Origin: Amoebophrya sp. A120
Taxonomy: Eukaryota > Protista > Dinoflagellata
Assembly (NCBI GenBank): GCA_905178155.1
Contig: CAJINV010000001.1
Coordinates: 14,315,984 to 14,379,983 of the forward strand
DNA: 64,000 nucleotides
Direction: 5' to 3'
Under the pieces are notes generated by a model. It made no database searches. It was not told the DNA's origin and saw only the letters and a list, made by a program, of their open reading frames with translations. Shown in pieces: positions 1 through 11,488 of this stretch; the first letter of the stretch is position 1; each line of letters begins with the position of its first letter. The translations under genes and the position numbers were made by a program.

Positions 1-17
1 GTAGGCCAGCACGCCGT

Positions 18-3000
18 TCACCACTTGCCAGCCGCCGGGGATCGGGGGAACGTCCGGAAGATATCCCAGCTTGTCCCCGAATTTCTTCTTGAGATCTTCC
101 TTGTTCACATAGCCGAGTTGCTCCGAAACCGTTTCCGTCATCTGCTTTGCACGGCCCATTGCCTGCTCACCGAGGTCAAGTACTCCATTGGTCACCACTT
201 GCTTTCTATCCACTGCAAAATCACGTATCGCCCTTCTCGTCGACGAGGATGATCATTTTTTCATAATGCATGCTGAAGATCATCATGATGTTGATTGTGG
301 AGGTGGGTCACAAAGCACAACGAGCCAAGACTTCTACGCGCATCAAATATTAAATCCAGGAGGTTTACAACTGGAGAGTCATGTTTGCTATGGCTGTCGC
401 TATGCATTACCAATGCGTAAACAAGTCAAGCAATATCAATGTGCAACTTTTTGCTCCTGCGTTACTTTTAGCAGCCTTGCTCTTGCACGTTGATGTCCGC
501 GACGAGGGTGATACTGTAGATTCACGAGAGCTGCATACCTTGGATTCGATAAGAGCGCCAGCGGACCAATGCGAAGCAGTTCTTCGACGGAGCGGTGCTT
601 CGTGGGCTTTGGTTTTTCGTTAGTACACACCTCGGCTGGACAGTAGCACTTCACACCGTCGCGCTTCGTCGCGTCCGTCACGTCGCAGTAGGCTTCCTTG
701 CCTTGCTGCTCGCCTGTCGGCAGCCGCCAATCGCATTGGTCCTCGGCGCACGGAGTGAAATCACAGGTCTCCACGCACTCGCAGGGGTACGGCTGCTCCA
801 CACCCTCTACTGGGTGGCAAAGCTCCTCGGGGCTTGCGCGCGCGCATAACTGCTTTCCCTGGTACTCGTAGGGGCACAGCGGCAGGGTCTTTTTGCACGC
901 CTCCTTGCAGGAGCAGGCGGGTGTGTCTTCGCCCATCTTAGCCTCCGGGGTGAACTGACACTGACCCTCGTGAAAGTGGCACAAGCCGGCACCGCACGCT
1001 GGCGGGTCCTCGCAAGCGTTTTCACAGTTGCACTGCTCATTGCTGTTTACGGTAACGGCCGTACGGTAACACGCTAATTCCTTCATGGGCTCTGTCGTGT
1101 TGTCATTGGATAGAAATTGTAGCTTGTCGTTGTAATCGCAGCTGACGCAGCGAACATAGTTGTAGACGAGTCTATAAAAAAAGTTAGTTCCTAATCCTAA
1201 TCCTATTCGTAGTCTGGACGTGATCTTCATAGACATTCTACCACTTTCATCGCCATATAAAATCGAAACTCATATCAAGAAAACTGACGCACGACCAGTT
1301 CTGTCCTCCAACGCATCAGCTATCGCCTCGGTCTTGGATTTTCATGCAGTTTTGTTCGTGCAGAAGACAGAACCAAGAATAAATGTGGCCCGGACTGTAG
1401 GCTTTATTTGATAGGGAGTTACATCAGTGCATAGAGTGGTAGATGAAGTTGATTGTGGATACCTTTCACAAGCTCGCATTTTCCGCCACCCTCGCACGGT
1501 TTCTGGAACTGTCGTTCCTCCAAGTACGCCGCCTTCCGGTCCAGTCCCAGGGTTTCGTAGGTCCAGCTCTGCTTGGTATGGATGCGTCAGGTTTGAAATC
1601 GTCAAAGTTGAAATAATTTGTAATGCATAAAATGCAACAAAGGATACCCAGACGCCACAAAGCCCTCAAGGAACCATCCACAACCAAGAACCTTGGAAAA
1701 GTGGGGTCCCCGAAGACCTGGAGGTGAGATGCGAGGGGGACGCCTATAAGCCAAAGCGCCAAAAATAGCACTAAAGCAGAGGCACAAGGAAGCGAAGTAG
1801 TCAAAAATTAACTTGGAGTGTCCTTACGGAAAACTCCAGCAACCTCAGTCCACCACTGCCCTCGCATTCACAAATGCAACAACACAAGAGTGTCGAAGCA
1901 ACACCGGACGTCCATCCCACCGAAAGCACCACGGCAACCAAGAGCTGTCACACAGTAGCACCAACGATGAGGCAATGCCCTGGGGGGAAAACAAGGACAA
2001 GCATCCTCCCCATAATGTCTAAGAGCAGACAACACGCGTCATATAGTTTCAGCACTTAGAAACAGACTGACGCCGTGAAAACGCTCCCAATCCGCCCAGT
2101 GGCAGGCATCAAGGGGCAGGGGCATAGAGCGACACGACCAGACAACCAACCCGACCAGGTAACCCGACCTGCCTTGCCACAGAGCAGACGGGGACCAGAC
2201 AGTGGTGGCGGCAAAATTTCCGACGCCACACAAACCGCCAGAAACCCATCGACAGCAACCAAGGAGAGGGGGACAGCAGAAACAGATCCAAGCGACAATG
2301 CACTCAGAACTGGCGGGGAAGAGGAGAACGAGGGGCTGCAAGCCTTCGCACCAAATCCACCAGCACCACCATCGAGGACAACCCCAAACCAAGGAGGCAT
2401 CAACAGGAATCCCACGTAGGAGAACCTACGCGACGGCCGGGGCGAAGTCCATCTACTCACCTAACGCCTGCCGGTGTAGCAACCACGGACCAGGGTAGTA
2501 CATCCTGCAACGGGAATAACAGCCCCGGGGCGGAAGACTACAGCACTGGGAAGGAGGTCCGAGAAGGTCCCAGAAGAAATACTAAGGGGGCACACAGGAA
2601 GGTCCGAGAAGAGAACGCTGTAGAGGCTCCGGCTGGAACTGGGAAGCCGCGTGTTGGCGACCACGCGGGAACACTCGTGCACCCGCAACGCAAATGCTGT
2701 TGATGAGGAACCAAGGTTGCTGGCCCATCGAGAACGACGAGCAGCTGCGTCCACAGAACCGACCTGAGCTGGGAGAGTGCGGACTCCGCGACCTAGTAGT
2801 CCGCCTGTCCCGATGAAAGTCTTGATTGGCGCCGCGCAGAACAAGGTCTGGGCGCTGTGCAGGATGAAGGTCCTGAAAACGGTGCACGACGCTAACGGAA
2901 TCAGTCGATTTTTCCGCTTCTCTTGCTTGTCCCGTGGCCGCTGCTTCTGTCCCGACGCTACTGGTTTAGGTGCATATTGCCCGACTTCCTGGTCGTACAC

Positions 3001-3735
3001 GGGCGCCCTCACGTAGCGTCTTGCCTCAGTCTGGGGTTAATTCGGTGTGCATATGCATCTAGGAATGAGTGCATAACCCGACGTACGTGTGTTGCAGAGC
3101 AGGCAAGTGAGGCCGATTGTAAGCCTGTTTGGGGCTACAGCTCGAGCTGCTAAAAGCATGAGAAAATCGCTCTTCTTTGCCTAAACAGCATGACAAACTG
3201 GATTTAGGGGCCACCGAAATTTGTCATGCGCCACTTACAAACTGGCTTCCAACTGGCATCCATTTTAATATGCATGACAAATTATTTCAACTTTGTCGAT
3301 TTCAACTCTGACACATCCATACTTGGGCATCTGATTGTAGTACTCCGTGAGCGGTGGCTTCGGCTTTGGCAGGGCGCCTTCTGGGACCTCCTCCACGGCC
3401 CCCGTTCCACCGTTCAGCGAAGCCTCGAAGCCTTCCGCTTGCTTGGCCAGTTGCGCGCTTTGTTCGGCGCTCAAGTCCTGCATTTTCGCTGCCCGTGAAA
3501 TCACCGCGGCGTTCCCTAGCGGATTGGGGAAGTCGTAGCCTCCCGAGCGGGCCGCGGAATCGGCGAACGTGTCCTCGTCTTTTTCGGCGGAGATGTACTC
3601 GTGGTTGGGGGCAGGGTGCTCCTGGTCGGCGTTGCCGAAGTTGTAGACTCCTCTATTCTTCTCCTCCAGCGTTAATTCTGGCTCCTCGGATTTCTGAACG
3701 TTCTTCTCGAGATCCGTGGTATGGAAGTGCTGCAC
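18..3735 (-). CDS. Multi-exon gene for a Cys-rich (probably extracellular) protein, interrupted by introner E1
   Basis: Exon 3322-3735 (...YNQMPK) joins in frame to QSWTYETLGLDRKAAYLEERQFQKPCEGGGKCELVK (about 1463-1571) after removing 1577-3321 plus one CTTGG. A Cys-rich exon at about 540-1171 has repeated CxCxxxC motifs. A probable last exon (about 18-210) ends in TGA at 18-20. Junctions between 1463 and 1171 are not resolved. Confidence 0.55.
1577..3321. mobile_element. E1: TIR introner (family A), 1745 bp
   Basis: TIR of about 53 bp (TATGGATGCGTCAGG... / ...CTGACACATCCATA). TSD CTTGG at 1572-1576 and 3322-3326. Region 3097-3236 is homologous to the E2 interior (about 7103-7243). Excision restores the frame. 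Confidence 0.92.
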
Positions 3736-4114
3736 AGTGGGAAATCATGAAGAAGATGATGGCCGACGGATGAAGATTCCTCGCAACATGACATGAAATA
3801 ATGCGGTGAAAGTTGAAGCAGCTGCAAAGGAAGCACTGCTTGAAGCTAGTTTAAGTTTTTGTATAGCGGTGCTAGTACGGATTCGAATCGATTATAGAGT
3901 CATGAACGAGGCAAATGTGGTCTCTGGAAGACAGAGCCACACAGACGCGCTGTGGTTTGCCGGAGACAACAACATGTCAAAAGCAGAGTCACTCCATGCA
4001 ATTGTCAAACCTCGGAAGTCGTGGGCGCAAGCGCTGTACGAAGAGTGCAGATGCAGCAAGCTCATGTGTTTTTGTTTCATGACTTACAGGTGGAATCGAG
4101 GACAAGAACGCAAA

Positions 4115-4528
4115 TCAATTACAGTAGCTGCAGTTCATCCTGTTGACGATTTCCCACGACCTGACGCATTGATATACTCCCTCCTCCGCGGCTTCGGTGC
4201 CACTATTTGAATTTGCTGCCGCCAAGCCGTCATCGGATGACGCGAACGCCGTTGCTCCTCGAGCTGTTCCTTTAGCGAAAGGGCCACCTGACATGAGGAG
4301 CGGAGTACTATGCTTCGCAGGGTTGTAGGCTAAGGAGGTGCCGCGTTCGCTCGCTGCATGTTTCAAATCCATTCGGGGTATCGAGGGCCTCCTCATCCCG
4401 GGTGCAGAGAACGACTCAAACGAAGCTGTGTTGCTGCTTTCTGTCCCGGTAGTAGTGGTAGTTCGTCTACTACTCGGAGGCCACGGCGACAGGAGCTCTT
4501 CCAAAAAAGCAGCAACACGATGACCCAT
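4115..4528 (-). CDS. Low-complexity ORF, possible first exon of the Cys-rich gene
   Basis: 137-aa ORF with ATG and a possible GGA|GTATAT donor near its end. Linkage to the next exon is unproven. Confidence 0.35.
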   Translation of the reverse strand: MGHRVAAFLEELLSPWPPSSRRTTTTTGTESSNTASFESFSAPGMRRPSIPRMDLKHAASERGTSLAYNPAKHSTPLLMSGGPFAKGTARGATAFASSDDGLAAANSNSGTEAAEEGVYQCVRSWEIVNRMNCSYCN

Positions 4529-5551
4529 TGTTATGATGAACGTTTCGAATTTATTGGTCCGACAGACCGATTGATACTGATTCTTCAGGAAGGAAGAATG
4601 AAAATGAGCACTGTAGTTTCATCTATTGTTTCAGGTTCTCTTAGCCTATGGTATTGGTAAGTTTGTTCACTTTCTTTTTTTTTTTGATCAACATCCACCA
4701 CGACCACCTCGCTCCTGTTAATATTCCTTCCCGAATATAATGACTTCTGCCTCGCTTCACCTACCACGCAGTCGCACATCAGACGTCAACATCGCCGATA
4801 GAAACTACACTTACGTATCCCGACGCACTCCAAAAATCTAAGCAGTAGCTAGCAGGCTCTTGTGAATGAATTGTACGAAAGATGACAAAATATTCAACCA
4901 TACAAAACTAACAGCAGCTGCAGGTGTCTCCGCTCTATCTCGAGGCCTCTCCGCTAACTCGTCTTTGTCTCATCTCGATTGCCGCTGTCAGCAAATATGA
5001 ATAACTTTCACTTTCACCACTCTGCATTGACTACAATCAACATCAATACGATACAACGAGGAGGACGTGGCCTCGCTTTTCTGCGAAGGACGAGTACAAA
5101 GACGTCGAACACAAACACAATTTTCACAAGCCAGAGCCAAGCGGCTCCTGATTGGAACTAGCGCTTGCGTCACTTCTACGTATTTCGTTTCTTGTTACGT
5201 CGGTGCTTCGAAATCGAAGATAAGGCAAATCTCAAGAAAAATCTTAAAATGCATATCAGAGGGAGTAGTGTTGTTCGTCTTACGTCGGGGGCGTCGCATC
5301 AACTGCTTCAGGCACTATCGCAATTGATGTAGCAAATCGTCTTCGGCGTAGCAGGACGACACAACCGAAAGCAACCAGGCGCGAGACAAGCAATGCGCGG
5401 ATAGAAAGAGAAACACAAATAGTCGCTGGCACAAAAGAAATGCTTTAGCTTTCAAAGATGCTGGGCGACAAATAGCAGCATGCTCCTGATGAATCTACTG
5501 GTGCTAAGCCTAAGGAACGCGTGACTTTAACATTTCGCAGTACCAGCTGCA

Positions 5552-8500
5552 CTATCCACCGAAGCCGACGCTTTTCACTTCCTCTGCATCCGACACCTCA
5601 AATCTCGGCGATGCGGCTCCGCTGGCTGCAGCAAAACTTCTGTTACTCGCTCCTCCATCATCGTCGTCGAGTAGAAGAGGTACTGATGGTGCTCCCTCGC
5701 CTTCCACCTTCTGCGCCAGAAGATTTCCGTTGCGGTTCTTTAGGCCTGAAGATGTGTCCCCCACTACAGCTTGCTGATCGACTTCGGCTTGCTGTGTTGA
5801 TATTACAACCTCATCTTCGTCCTCGGGGTCCGGTCGAGGAGGCCGCTGTGCTGTTTTTGCAACTGCTGCAAGATCGTCCTGCGATACGTCTACAACTACG
5901 CTATCCGGACTCATAGAAGTAGTTGCAGTCGCGTTTATTCCCTCTGCTCTATCAGCTTCAGCTCGTTCTCCGCCACCTCGTTCTTGCGCCTGCTCTTGCA
6001 CATCTTCTTCATCGTCCGGCTTTATGTTCTTCAAAGCTTCTGGACTAGGAAGCGGGACGTCGTGGCGGCTGAGGCGCTTCCCGTGCCGATCCAGAAGTTG
6101 GTCGCGACACAGCTGGAGAATGTCCACCTCTGCGCCGTCGTCCTTATGCATGGCGACGAAGACGGCCGCCGACTTGCGGTGCTGCAGCGCCTTGCCCCCG
6201 GGCAGCACGTGCTCGAAGGCGTTCTTGCGGTTCGCGTCGGACAGCATGAGCTCGAGGTCCAAACTGCTGTAGTTGTTCGCGTTCATGCCTTCCTTGTCCG
6301 ACTTGGATTTGTTTATGTACTGGGGGGCTTTGTAGCCGCGGAACGTCCTCTTGAAGTAGAGCGCCGCGAGAAACCAGCGGCTCCGCTTCGCGAGCGCGCC
6401 GCCGCCCCGGGCCGTGGCCTCCACGCACTTGGGAAAGTTGTCCTTCCACTCCTTCACGTTCAGCATGCCGTCGCCGGATTCGTCGCACACGTCAAAGATC
6501 ACCTTCGTGTAGAAGATGCACCGCTCCAGGTCCAGGTCGCCCTTGATGGTCTCTACTACGTACTTGGCGACGTCCTCAATCAGCAGCAGTTGCTCATTCG
6601 CCTCGTCGTCCTCTTCGTGCTGGTTGGACTCCACCTTGTGGGCCGTGTGCCGCTCGGCCGACGTTTGCTCGAGCCGCTCCCGCCGGTCCGCCTCGGAGGC
6701 GTAGCCGTACTTGCGCGCGATCCACTTGTACAAAAGCGTCAGCTCGTGGTCCCGCAGCTCGCAGGGCGCCGCGGGGTCGCTGACCGCCACGTGGAGGCTG
6801 TTGTAGAGGAAGAAGTGGTCGGAGTTCGCCACCAGCACGTAGCACCACAACATCCAGATGAGGGGCGGGAGGGCGGCGAGCGCCATCTGCAAGCCGAGAA
6901 ACCCGTACACCCCCACGCCCAGCCAGTTGTCCTCCCCCGCGCAGAGCTGGGCGGACACCACGGCGATGAAATAGCACTGCGGCACGGTGCGGCGGCTGAC
7001 GCGGTCCAGGTCGTTCACCATATGGATGTGTCAGAATCAAAAGCGACAAAATCGAAAGATTTGCGATGCATAAAATGTAGGGCACTGAAGGCCTGTATTG
7101 GGGAGCAGGCAAATGAAACCGATTGCAAGCCTGTTTAGGGGTACGCCCTGCGCTGTCAGAGTAGCATGACAGGAGCAGTCTTCTTTGCCTAAACAGCATG
7201 ACAGACTGGCCTTGGGTGCTCCCGAAATTTGTCATGCGCCACTCGGAAACTGAGGCTCCGACTGGTATCGATTTTGTGCATCACAAATTCTTCGACTTTG
7301 ACGATTTCAATCCTGACGCTTCCATACACCACCAGCGGGCCGTACTTCTGCATCAGCAGTTCGCCGACCATCACCGCAATCACGCAGGACGCGTTCATCA
7401 CGGTTAGGTAGAGAAGCAAGGCCTCGAAGTAGGAAATTTCCGTCATCGTGGTCGGCGCCTCTTCCACCGCGTTGGCACGGAAATTCTGCAGTGCGATGTA
7501 GGCGAGAAAGCCACTCATGAACCGGGGCATCAAGTTGTGCGGCCCGACGGTGAAGGTGGAAAACGCAAAGGTACCCAGCAGCGTGGCGGGCAGGGCCACC
7601 CGGTACATCCACAGACTCGCGTCGCGCTCCACCTCCGTGACGAGGTTCACACTCTGGTGGTCCCGTCGGACGTACGCGGAGTGGATCGGCCACGTCGGGT
7701 TCCAGTTCATGGAGTAGACCTCGTTGTTCGGAATCCCCGGGTGCTTCTCCCCGGGCGCGTAGCGTTGCTCGAACAGCAGCGCCGCGGCGCGCTCCGCGTC
7801 CGTCGCGAGCGCGGGCTGGTACCCGCGCCACGGGGGCACCAGGTGGCTCCCGCTGCGCCACACCTCGAAGTCGTACTCCCAAAACAAATCGGTGTTCGCG
7901 TTTTCAAACTTCGCGGACAGCGCCTGTCGGTCGTAGGGGTAGTAGTCCCAGAAGGGGGTGACGGGGCAGTCCACGGCGCGCACCTGGTACTCGTAGTACA
8001 CGATCGGGTACCGCACCTCCGCCAGGCGCTTCCCGACGGCCTCGAGCTTGGCGCAGTCCTCCACGGTGACTTTGGGAAGCCAGATGAGCAGGTCGGCCTC
8101 CAATTGGTCCAGCACTGCGTCGTGGTACACACCGTTAGTCACTCGCACGCGGTCGTCCTTGTACATCTGGGTCACGGTGAAGTAGGCCGTGAACTGCGTC
8201 TCGTCGAACTTGTCAAACTTGTACCAGAACACGTTCGCGAGCGCGGATATTTGTCCGGACGAGCTCGGGCCGAAGGTCATCGCGCGGGTTTCCTTCACGT
8301 TGCACTTCTGCCCCAGGAACCCGGGGTTGCACGCGCAGTAGCCCTCCTCGAAGCCGAGCTTCGGCACGTCCATGCACTTCCCGAAGTTGCACTCAATCTG
8401 GTCGAAGAAGCAGGGCCCGGCCTCGTACGCCAGCGGCAGGGTGGTCTTCTGTCCCGGGCTGCGGAGCTGCGCGACGTGTGCGGACGTCACCTGGCTGGCC

Positions 8501-9882
8501 TGCTGGAACCGCGTGATCTCCTGCATCTGGTCCTGAATGTTCAACAGTGCGTACGTCAGCCCCGAGGAACGGATGCCCCAGTTCCGAATGTTATCCCCCT
8601 TCTGCTGCTTCAGCGTGCCCGTCATCCCATTCATCTCGACGCCATCCGCCAGCGCCGACGCAAACGTCGGGAACGTGCCGTTCGCGTACTTCTCAAAGCC
8701 CAGCGCCGCCGCCACAACGGCGTCGTACACATAGACGCCGTAGGCTTCGCAGCTTGCGGACAACACGCGGCGATTCGCGACTTCCATGTCGGTGGCGCCC
8801 CCGCCGGTGGTCAGGCCGAGCGCGCTCGCGGTGGGCAGTGGTCCCGTTCCCATTTCGGAAAACCAGATATCGCGGAGGTAGGTGAGCTTGGTTTGCACCT
8901 TGTCCTTTGGCATCACCGACACCAAACCGTAGTAGTTCGGCTCGAAGCTGGCGCCCGCCGCGCCGAGGGACACGCCCGCCCAGGACCAGGGCTGCACGGC
9001 GGACTTCCCCGCCATGCCCCTCGCCGCGGCGGTGGCGAGCATGCGGGCCATGCTGCTGGGCGACAGGTTGATGTACACCGCCACGCGTGCGACCCCGGCC
9101 TCCATTGCCCGGACCGTGGTATCGTACTCGTGCTGCAACCCGGGGGTAACCTGGTACCGGGTCAGACTGCCCGCGGTGCTGTTGGCGGATGCGGGCACCA
9201 GGCTGTTGTAGGTCTCCTGGAACACGTCGATAAACCCGGTGGACCAGGAGTCGGGCTCATGGATGCAGGCGAAGAACTTCCAGCCGAACTCGTTCACGAA
9301 CACCCGGGCCATCTGCTGCGCCACCAGGGCGTCGTTGGGGTACACGCTGTAGAAGTTTTGGTAGTAAGTGGGGAATTTCAAAAACACGGGGCTGGCGGCC
9401 CCCCACCCGACCAAGGGCGTGTCCAGGTTCTTCTCCGCAAAGTACTTGTGCGAGCTGATCGTGTCCGAGCTGTAGTAGTACGCGATGTATCCGTGAGGCG
9501 GACTGGTCGCTTCCTGCGACGCCTTTACCAGGGCATACCCGCTAGCATACGCGTTGCGGTCTTGCGTGGACAGGTCGACGGTCACGTTCTTCAACGTCGC
9601 AATCTCCGGCACGATGCTGTCATTCCGCGCGTTCACGTGCCGGGCCGCGATCACGGCAATACCTGCCCACGTGTCGCAACAACTCTCCCACGAGTAGGGA
9701 CACGCGAACGTCAGCCGCGCGACCTGGTCCTGCGCTGAAACCAGCGAGAGCGGAAATAGAGTGGTCGCGATGAAGATCATGAGCGGGTTTCTTGACCACG
9801 CTCTGGAGGAAAAGGAAAGGATCATCCTCGGTGCCGTACTTGGATGGGGTGTAGCTTCAGGCAGTGAAGTAGAAGGGGGCAT
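5552..9882 (-). CDS. Pentameric ligand-gated ion channel (Pro-loop type) fused to an N-terminal ANF-receptor/Venus-flytrap domain and EGF, with an extra TM helix and a C-terminal EF-hand; exons 7327-9882 and 5552-7015
   Basis: Signal-like TTLFPLSLVSAQ. VFT motifs PLVGWGAASP, FYSVYPNDA, FGWKFFACIH, YVYDAV. EGF CNFGKC...CACNPGFLGQKC. Channel ectodomain motifs YKDDRV, IWLPKV, YPYDRQ. M1 RVALPATLLG. After intron removal the pre-M4 motif NDLDRVSRRTVP is restored. EF loop DESGDGMLNVKE. Confidence 0.85.
7021..7326. mobile_element. E2: TIR introner (family A), 306 bp
   Basis: Imperfect TIR of about 55 bp (TATGGA...TCCATA). TSD CACCA at 7016-7020 and 7327-7331. Excision gives KYGPLVV|NDLDRVSRR in frame. 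Confidence 0.95.
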
Positions 9883-11488
9883 GTCTGCAGCACACGGAGA
9901 GTTGCGAAGTGTAGTGCAAGTCCCTGCTGGTCAGACAAGTAGCCAAGGGCGGAGGGCGGGACGAGCTCGAGCTTCTGAGTCTTTTAACTACTGTCTGACT
10001 TACACAAGTCTACTAGAAAAGGTTGCGAATGATATTACTGCGAATACAAGCTTTACACCCGTGCGCGCACGCCGCAACGATATCGGACCCGGCCGAGGAC
10101 GAGACCCGAATCACGAATATCCATCACGACTTCTGCTCTTGTGGTTGTGCCGCCTAGTAACTGTTTTACCGTCATTGAAAAATTTCTGCAGTTCTACAGC
10201 TACAACTAGCTGCAACAGCGATACTTGACGCGACATCAATCCTCACATTGTCATCTTCATACTGCAATAGATTGTATCACCTGTATCTTGTTCTTCGTGG
10301 TCAAAATAGTGGGAATTTGTGAAAAATGCAGGGGGGCGGGGTGAAGGCAACCCAAACCTGTTGTGCATGAAAATCCAAATCGAAATAAGCAGCATGCGTA
10401 TGTTGTTTACGAGTATATCAGAATCGGCAAGTGCTGGCGATGTTGTTGGTCATAATACTATCGCATTGTTACCTGCTGGTAACTCGTATACAAATTGCAC
10501 GATATTACCGGAATCGTGTTGTAGTGCGATTGTTTTTGGGTATTAGACGCGACCGTTAAAGAAGATGATGCACGAGCACGAAGGTGTCACTGGGCATAAC
10601 CGAGCCACAGATCTACGATTGGTTACCGAGGAGCACGAATACAGGAATAGGAGTTATAGAAAACCGATAATGTAGCTTGGAGTTTGTGCATCTAGATTGT
10701 TGGCTCATTTTACCTTTGGTATGCACGACTACCGACAGCGAGTTATGCTTGCGTCGGTTGAACGAAACCGAATATTGCCGATCGTTCTTTTATTGTCAGA
10801 AGTATTAGTATGTTCGGCTCGACCGTCAGCACCATTACGAAAGTCAAGGTTTGATTTTGCCATGGACGTCGTTGAAGGGCCAGGGTGTATAGACCGATTC
10901 GCGATTTTTCATTGTTTTGAATTGACGGAAAAACGCTGGTGACATTACGTCGCGTTCACTTTTTGTCAACACTTCCGCCGGACAGTTCGTTCGTCTGCAT
11001 CGCGATCGCCCTTGCCAATGAATACCTTCAGCAAGAGATTATCCAGCACCAGAACAGCAGGCTTACTACCTAGCTAATCGTAATCATGCAATACATGGTC
11101 AGCTGCATCGCAACCGCAAATGTGACAGTCTTGTGTCGTCATCATTCAACAACATTGAAAAGAAAAAAAAAACACCTGCCGGTGAGGAAGAAGTAGCTTT
11201 TTGTTTATTCCGCAGCGTCACGTATCACGACGCGTTGATCCACATGGGTGCGCGCGACGCACCTTCGTCAAGAAGGCGGCAAAACCAAAAATGTAGTTTG
11301 TAGAAGTTGTAAAAAGAAGTAAGGACAAAACTATCGTCAAACATAGCTAAAGCGAAATCTCGCAACATCTGTAACTCGTCTGATGCTGTGTCCTCCGTGC
11401 AGAGAAGGCATAAAGCAAAAGCTATTCTTCCATCATGAAAACGATCGCGATCTTCGCCATACCTATCTGTCCTACAGGGTCTTCAGTT

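Noticed and set aside
7189-7326. Shared peptides such as YGxVRxEIxKVE, MGRGxFSFRY and QKxRTSINR at several loci
   Set aside because: They are translations of TIR sequence read through from exons, not a protein family.
5984-9738. Long plus-strand ORFs of 384 and 733 aa
   Set aside because: These are antisense shadows of a GC3-rich gene and have no recognisable motifs.
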